From contig KB301608.1 in the NCBI GenBank assembly GCA_000328365.1, positions 59,525 to 123,524 on the forward strand: 64,000 nucleotides of DNA, written 5' to 3'. Positions within the stretch are counted from its first letter, which is position 1. Each line of letters starts with the position of its first letter. Shown here in pieces: positions 57,731-64,000 of the stretch. The DNA is from Capitella teleta. Lineage: Eukaryota. Both the position numbers and the translations under genes were made by a program. A model generated the notes under the pieces. It saw only the letters and a program-made list of their open reading frames with translations, was not told the origin of the DNA and searched no databases.

Positions 57731-60700
57731 TTCTTCATATTTTGGGCTTTGTTATCTGATGTCAGTTATACTCATTGTATACTTAGAGGCAGGACAAGAA
57801 TTCCTGACAGGTCACCCATTACCCAATTGGCATATTCCCAAGACAGACACTCTGTGGATATTCCATGAGCAGTCAAGAGTTTGTTCTTTAAAAGTATGAA
57901 TCAGTCCAGGTGATTGTCTTTCGAGTAAGCCAATTGTGTTCCATATAAGGAGTGCTTGTACTATAACCACGCCCCTTTGTGGGTCACCTGATCATGTATC
58001 AGATCCTGATTGGCTGGAGACATCTTATGATACATGCAGATGCTAGGGCTTGTTGATGAAGAAATATTCCCAAAATAGAATTTCAGAATACATAGTATAT
58101 GATTTAAATATAATTATTGCTCTGGCAGCCTCATACTAATCAATATTGTAGGTTGATCTGTCCTCATGGCAACAGGAGGGGCGAGAGGGAGGGATATTAC
58201 TAGAACTTTGTGAAGCCTCTTACTCTCTCCCACATTATTTCTATAGGTGAACTCATGTATTACCTTTACGGGGAGAAACTATATATGCAGTGATATAGGT
58301 GGAATTAGAGGATTTTCCATCTAGTTTGACTCATTCACGCCCAGCAGCGATTGTCCCTTAAAGCATTTGTGGCTGTAAGTGTTAAAGGTGCATTCGTTCT
58401 GTGTGCTATGTAGGTCACTTGTACTACTATAAATGAATTTATGCTGACGCTGCTGTATGCTTGCTCTGCACTTTAATAGTTGCAGGGACTGAGTGAGCAC
58501 TGTGAATGCTGCTAAAAATACTTTGGTACTAGTGGGCGTGTATGGGGGAATTCATTAATTATTCTCCTTTGAAAAAGGTGGGGTGAGCGTTTATTTAGGA
58601 GTGTGCTTTTAACCAAGACAATACGGTAACTCTACTTCTTTGTAGGCCATGAAATGTTGCAAAATAGATATTTCAAACAAGCTTGACAACCTCATGCCTT
58701 TCATTTTCAAAAATCAGTTTGCATGTCTAGACAATTGCAAAATCCCGGTAACCTTCATTTTGAGTATTCACGTGGGCAGTAGACAATAGTGGCTGCCGAA
58801 ATGGACATGAGACACCCCTAAAAAATTTACACGAAAGCATTGAGACATTGCTGAAAAGTTCCCTATGAGGCGGTTAACAGCGCTTCAAAGAGAGCTATCC
58901 AGAAGCCTTCTGGATCGAGGAGTGAAACCTGGAATCATTGCTTGCCAGATGGGGTGTTTGGCCTCAAAATTTCGTCGCCTACGCCAGCGCGTGGCTGAAA
59001 GCGGTTCCACCACCAACGACTTTGTACTGGATGATTAAGAGTGACAACAGAGCGATAGGATCTCCAAATCCAGCAAGCGCACATCCAGGACAGGTTCAAA
59101 ACAGCAACTTCAACGGCACATGGAACAAGAGGGACTCACAACCGACACCTCTCTGCAAGAACAGTCCGACGCCAGCTTCAGGAACAGAGATTGAGGTCTC
59201 GGATCCCTTACAGATCCCCAATCCTGAATGCAGAGAGGAGTTATCGTCGTCTCCAGTAGACGCGGTTACGCAAGAAGTCTCCCCTTCACAGACGAGAGCT
59301 GGATTTGCATGGATAGGTCAGACAGGAGACAGCTCGTGTGCAGAAGTAAGAGAGAACGGTTCCAGGATTGCTGCATCCAGGAGCAGGATAGATGGGTGAA
59401 GTCAGAATCATGGAGTGGAGAGGAATTTCTTACAACTCCAAGACTCCCCTCACGTTTAACCCTTTATCCTTCTAGGAAGGAAATCAATCAGTTGAAACAG
59501 CTTTGTTTTTGCTGAAGTTTTGTAACGTTTGCACAAACGAGCCACATTCAAAACTTCGTAAAATGGAGTCTTTAAAATACATACAAAATAAACTGTCTTG
59601 TTATAATTGAGGCGTGCGTTTCTTTTGCCTCTAAGTATAGATATGAAGTACACTTGTCGATCATCCACTTTATTTGGGAAAATATGTAATTAATCACCTC
59701 CTAAGTTTTTATCTTGTAAGGTGCGTTTTATAAATATGAATAAAGCGATTATCAAGATTGTTATCATAGATTGAAGAACTACTCGACTAATTTTCCGAAA
59801 ACCTACCTCAGTTTAGTGGATTCAGCCGCATATCGATCCGTGTGAAATCACAATGTTTTAGTGCTGTATTATCTCAATCATACAGCATAATAGTTAATAG
59901 TAACAGATCGAATACTACACACATATTTTGTCAACTCCATTATGATGTTATGCATGCACACTCACTCTTTGCGGCAAGGTTGGTGGGTCTTTCTTTTTTT
60001 TTTCATTTTAATCTAACCATATTTATGGATTGTCGTCTACTAGTACAGTAGCCCCAAAAATTGTGCCTACTAACTTCGGAGAAGTCAGTGACACATGATA
60101 TTTCATTGGTGTTAGCAGACCAATCCTCACTATACGTTCATTGGAATGGTGCGCATCCCCCAGATAGAGACGGTTACACGTTAAAATTGACGAAACATAC
60201 TGATTACGCTCATCCTATATACCCAAAGAGTGTCTAAGAAATTCGTATTTTATTAAATGTGTTGTTTAGATATATAATCATAACCTTAAAATGTTTCTAA
60301 AATAATGATTATGTATTTTTGTTAAGTAAAATTACATAAAATGTGATATAATTATTTAATAATTGCCACATATATTGGAGTTTTTTTAGTTACATTATGA
60401 TTTCCTGTACGAGCAGATGTCTGTCGCTTTCTTCCAGTTTCATAACGCACTCTTTATCGCTTGTTCTCATACCCCTTAGTCACGTGCCCTTACCTCTACA
60501 CACAATGCCGTCTGAATGAGAATTATTCCATGGACATTGTACTTGATGATGATGTCACCGCGTAAGTAATTAAACGGTGCCGAACCTTTTTTTTTTTTAG
60601 TGGAATGTAGGCCTACCGCATAGATTAGTCTTTTTAACCCCATAAAATCCCTGAATACAATGACACAAAGGGTCTAACTACTGGTAATTTACTAATCGTT

Positions 60701-61567
60701 CATTATTTGAGAAATCCTGCATTGTTTACAACAAATAGTATGTGCATATACCAACCAGCCCATCTGGCTATCACCCAGCATTAACCATGTAGCTGTGGGG
60801 TGCGCAGTTTTCAAACGTTAGCTCGCACAGTTTGACCACCCCCCTCACAATCGACCTATCGGCACACATTTTTATTGATAAAAATTAATTACAACTACAT
60901 GTCAAGTTAATGGAATGTTTGATATACAGTAGTGTCACCTGTCGTTTGGATGTGGTTTCACTGAAGTTTGACCGCTCATTGTAGAGAAAATGCATTTTCT
61001 TGTATGTAAAGAGCGGCAGGAAGGTGAATTGAGCGGGTGAGACGTGAATTTTAGTTAGTGGAGGTTTGTTGCAATGCAATCCATCGCCTGGGATGATCGA
61101 ATGCAAATTACGCAAAAGAATGCCTTCGAAGGAAGCAATTGACCAATCAAATTATACAAAAACCTAAAAAAAAAAAAAAAAGCCCAGGCCATTTAGAGTC
61201 TAGCACAAGAACGTTGGAAGATTTTTAACTTGAAAAATAACAATATTATGAGAAATAAGAGACTTTGGTGGTACCAATTGAACATGACTTGTGACATACA
61301 CACATGTTTCGAGGTGTTCGCATCCTGACGTACAGGGACACTTAATAGTTTATTGTATGCCGCGTTAATTTTTTATTTCTCTATCCATCTTCCTCAAACA
61401 TATAAGTCAAATAATATGTATATTGATTCAAGAAACGCAGTGACCCGAAGAAAATAACACTAAAAATCGATGCTGAGCCTTGTAGGACCATGGAATGGTG
61501 TTTTTTTTTCTTTTTTTTTTTTTTCTTTTTTGTTTCGTAAATGTCACAATATCACAACATTACAATA

Positions 61568-61798
<231 letters not shown>

Positions 61799-61849
61799 GT
61801 TAATTGGGCGATTTCTCAATTGTCTGTGTGCTTTTCAGAAGGTGAATTA

Positions 61850-62510
61850 AAGCCGCCAAATATGTACAATAATTATAGTTATGTACACCCGCTCAATTTA
61901 CTGTCTCACCGGTCTTTACAGACAAGGAAATTGCTAGATGGGCACAAGGCCGTGGTTGATCCCACCGGGACTTCAAAACATAAACAGAATTCTGAGACTA
62001 ACAACAATGACAACAACAACCTACCTGTTTGGCTCAATGATAGAGCGTTTGACTTTCAATCCACAGGTATTGGGTTCGTTTTTCTTGGGTGATTAGCTAC
62101 CAACGTACAGTCTCTGGACTTATATACATCTATAACCAATGAGTTAAGTTTTCGTGGTTCATGGGCATTGCTTTGTGCACTTTGGTGGATATTGCACTAT
62201 GCCAAAATAAATTATTTATGTATTTACATATGTTCATTGGTTGGATCGTTGCTAATAATTGTTCATTGTTGTCGGCTGATTCCACCAACCGAAAGTTCAA
62301 ACGGATATTTCCAGACAGCAAAATCACAGTCGATTATCATTGCGGAAGAACACAATCAACCCGCTATTGATCAAGAAGCGATGATGAACGTGAAGAAATT
62401 GGCAAAATCCAACTACTTTGGGATTGCTATAGATGCTCGCAGTGAAAAAGATGATAACTGCCTGTCAATCTTAATTCGAAACATGATGACTCGAACCTGT
62501 AAGTTATCAC
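61850..62510 (+). pseudogene. Possible hAT/DUF4371-like (ZMYM1-like) transposase-derived exon fragments
   Basis: The exon-like segment ~62305-62508 has an acceptor ccag| and a donor CTG|taagtt. It encodes '...KKLAKSNYFGIAIDARSEKDDNCLSILIRNMMTRT', which resembles the 'F-x-I-x-x-D-E-T-x-D...Q-L-S-I-x-x-R-Y' core of DUF4371/hAT-derived proteins. An upstream segment, 61850-62065, ends in a GT donor (...ACAG|gtattg). Whether it is a domesticated gene or a decayed element is unresolved. Confidence 0.25.
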
Positions 62511-64000
62511 CAAGCACCTCATTTATGGACATGCCAGCCATCGTGAAATAGAACCAACGTATCAGTTCATTGATGACGTGCTTTAGGATCATAAGATAAT
62601 CACTGCATAAGATCGGCACTGTGACCAGGATCATTGTCCTAGTCAGAGTGTCGGCTATCACGCAAAAACGTTAACTAGGGATGTTGAATATTATAAAAAT
62701 TACTGTCACGTTTTGCCCGAATGGTTGGTATTTTTTTTTTTTGTGGAATTGTGGCTGCCAGCCCAAGGACTATGTGGCCCCTCCAACCACTTACCAAAAG
62801 TCGTATGGATGCTGGTTATTTTTGGCGGATTATTTGCGTGAAAATCGTAAGGCAACCCACTTGACTAAAAGGAAATTAGTGAGGTCTCGTCATGGCACTC
62901 CTGGGCCAAACGCCCTATGGCTAATCTATGGGCTCTTGAATATGTGTTTATTTTCTAAATTTGTGTTCCAGTAAGCTTGTACAAAACTAAACACTTAAAT
63001 TAGTACTTACAAGTTACAACTACATGTGTTTTCATGGTCATTCCTATTGCATTTATACCGCCGTGTTTGTATCGCGTGGTCTCCTCCTTTGTATGGCGTC
63101 CAGTTTCGCATTCAGCCAGTCAGCGGTGCGGTCGAGCATCCTTTCACAGAGAATTCAATGCCGATTCTTCTCGAGCTCATTTGGCCTGCTGCGATGTTGT
63201 CGTGGCAATGTCACTGAAAAGACATTTCAAGGTCACTCCGCCATAACGAGACCTCTTTGTGCTGCCATTCTCAATGATACAAAAAAGCATGAAGATCGCA
63301 GAAGGGCGAAAGACATTGACAAAGCCGACAAAGCCAAATGATCATATTTGCACTCGAGTTTATTCGAATCTGAGGTCATGCACTCTTCCTTCAAAACAAT
63401 TAGAGGCGTACGTTGTATTACCACTAAAATGCCGTATTAAGTATGTCGGCGTATGAAAGACATATATTATTATTAACTGCCTAATTAATCGTAAAACCGA
63501 CAGAAAGTATAGGCCCAAAACGAGTATGTCGGTGAATAGAATGAAAAAATCCTGACGTCATTTCACCCGCCACGCAGCCATTCAGGTTATTTGTTTCCAT
63601 TTGGGAATTCCATTTTATATGGTAAACGACGTCATTCTTGCAGTTGCATGTCTCCACACACGCGTGCATATAATGGTAGCCGTAACGTCGCACTGTGTGT
63701 ATCCGTCACATTGATCGAATGTTCCTTTTGCTCAGTTATATATATTTCATGAAGTTAATCGTGTTGAAGGGCGGTATTAATTCAGCTATATGTAAATCAG
63801 AAATATAATTATGCGTTACACGAATTAAACAAGTGTGTCGCGCGCCTGTGACGTGAATCTCCTTGTGTGTCTATCATCAATATCGTTATTGACACGCATA
63901 GAGTACGTAGCACAAGTGATAATGGTGTAGTATGCATGCATATATGTTAAGCATAATTAATTGCACGTGTCTCTTTGGCTGCACATATCGACATACATAT

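Noticed and set aside
58938-59399. 153-aa plus-strand ORF.
   Set aside because: It has no recognisable domains, splice context or conservation cues. It is likely non-coding.

Overview
This window is eukaryotic (metazoan) nuclear DNA, not a prokaryotic locus. It is AT-rich, with many short GT-AG spliceosomal introns, AATAAA signals, microsatellites, and fragments of LINE, MITE and SINE-like elements. The codon usage and the high protein identities to vertebrate orthologs point to an invertebrate animal, possibly a marine deuterostome or lophotrochozoan, but I cannot name the species. I reconstructed gene models by hand from the ORF track together with splice-site reading. Coordinates are approximate, usually within +-1-3 nt at splice junctions; one ORF-track stop differed by 1 nt from my count. 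Gene order is as follows. (1) An uncharacterized multi-exon gene on the minus strand at ~4.1-6.9 kb. (2) An ARHGAP19 ortholog (RhoGAP) on +, 13870-18232, 9 exons. (3) An RRM-like + Q/H-repeat + macro-like domain gene on -, 18756-21107. (4) A SUCLG1 ortholog (succinyl-CoA ligase alpha) on -, 25971-28780, 7 exons. (5) A 3' fragment of a CR1/jockey-type LINE reverse transcriptase, 29407-29730. (6) A two-exon gene on +, 30193-31741, encoding an RWD domain, an MJ1316/DUF504-like module and a 2H phosphoesterase domain. (7) A TEP1 ortholog (telomerase/vault protein 1: TROVE, vWA, DUF4062, NACHT, WD40) on -, 33152-43636. (8) A SEC11 signal peptidase ortholog on +, 45093-46572, 6 exons. (9) A single-exon 1193-aa gene with six ~120-aa tandem modules of atypical C2H2-like fingers on +, 49464-53036. 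(10) A BRAP ortholog (BRAP2 domain, RING-H2, ZnF-UBP, coiled coil) on +, 55243-57623, 12 exons. (11) Possible hAT/DUF4371-like exon fragments near 61.9-62.5 kb and an (ATT)~76 microsatellite. Several DNA-transposon-like inverted-repeat elements are present. I see no CRISPR array, no rRNA and no convincing tRNA. The most interesting content is the uncharacterized RWD-MJ1316-2H gene, which sits beside the TROVE-domain TEP1 gene with a macro-domain gene ~9 kb away (a speculative RNA-end or ADP-ribose-phosphate processing neighbourhood), the intronless modular zinc-finger gene, and several structural oddities: an apparent frameshift and a GC-AG intron in BRAP, an exon duplication in ARHGAP19, and a perfect coding 36-bp tandem array.
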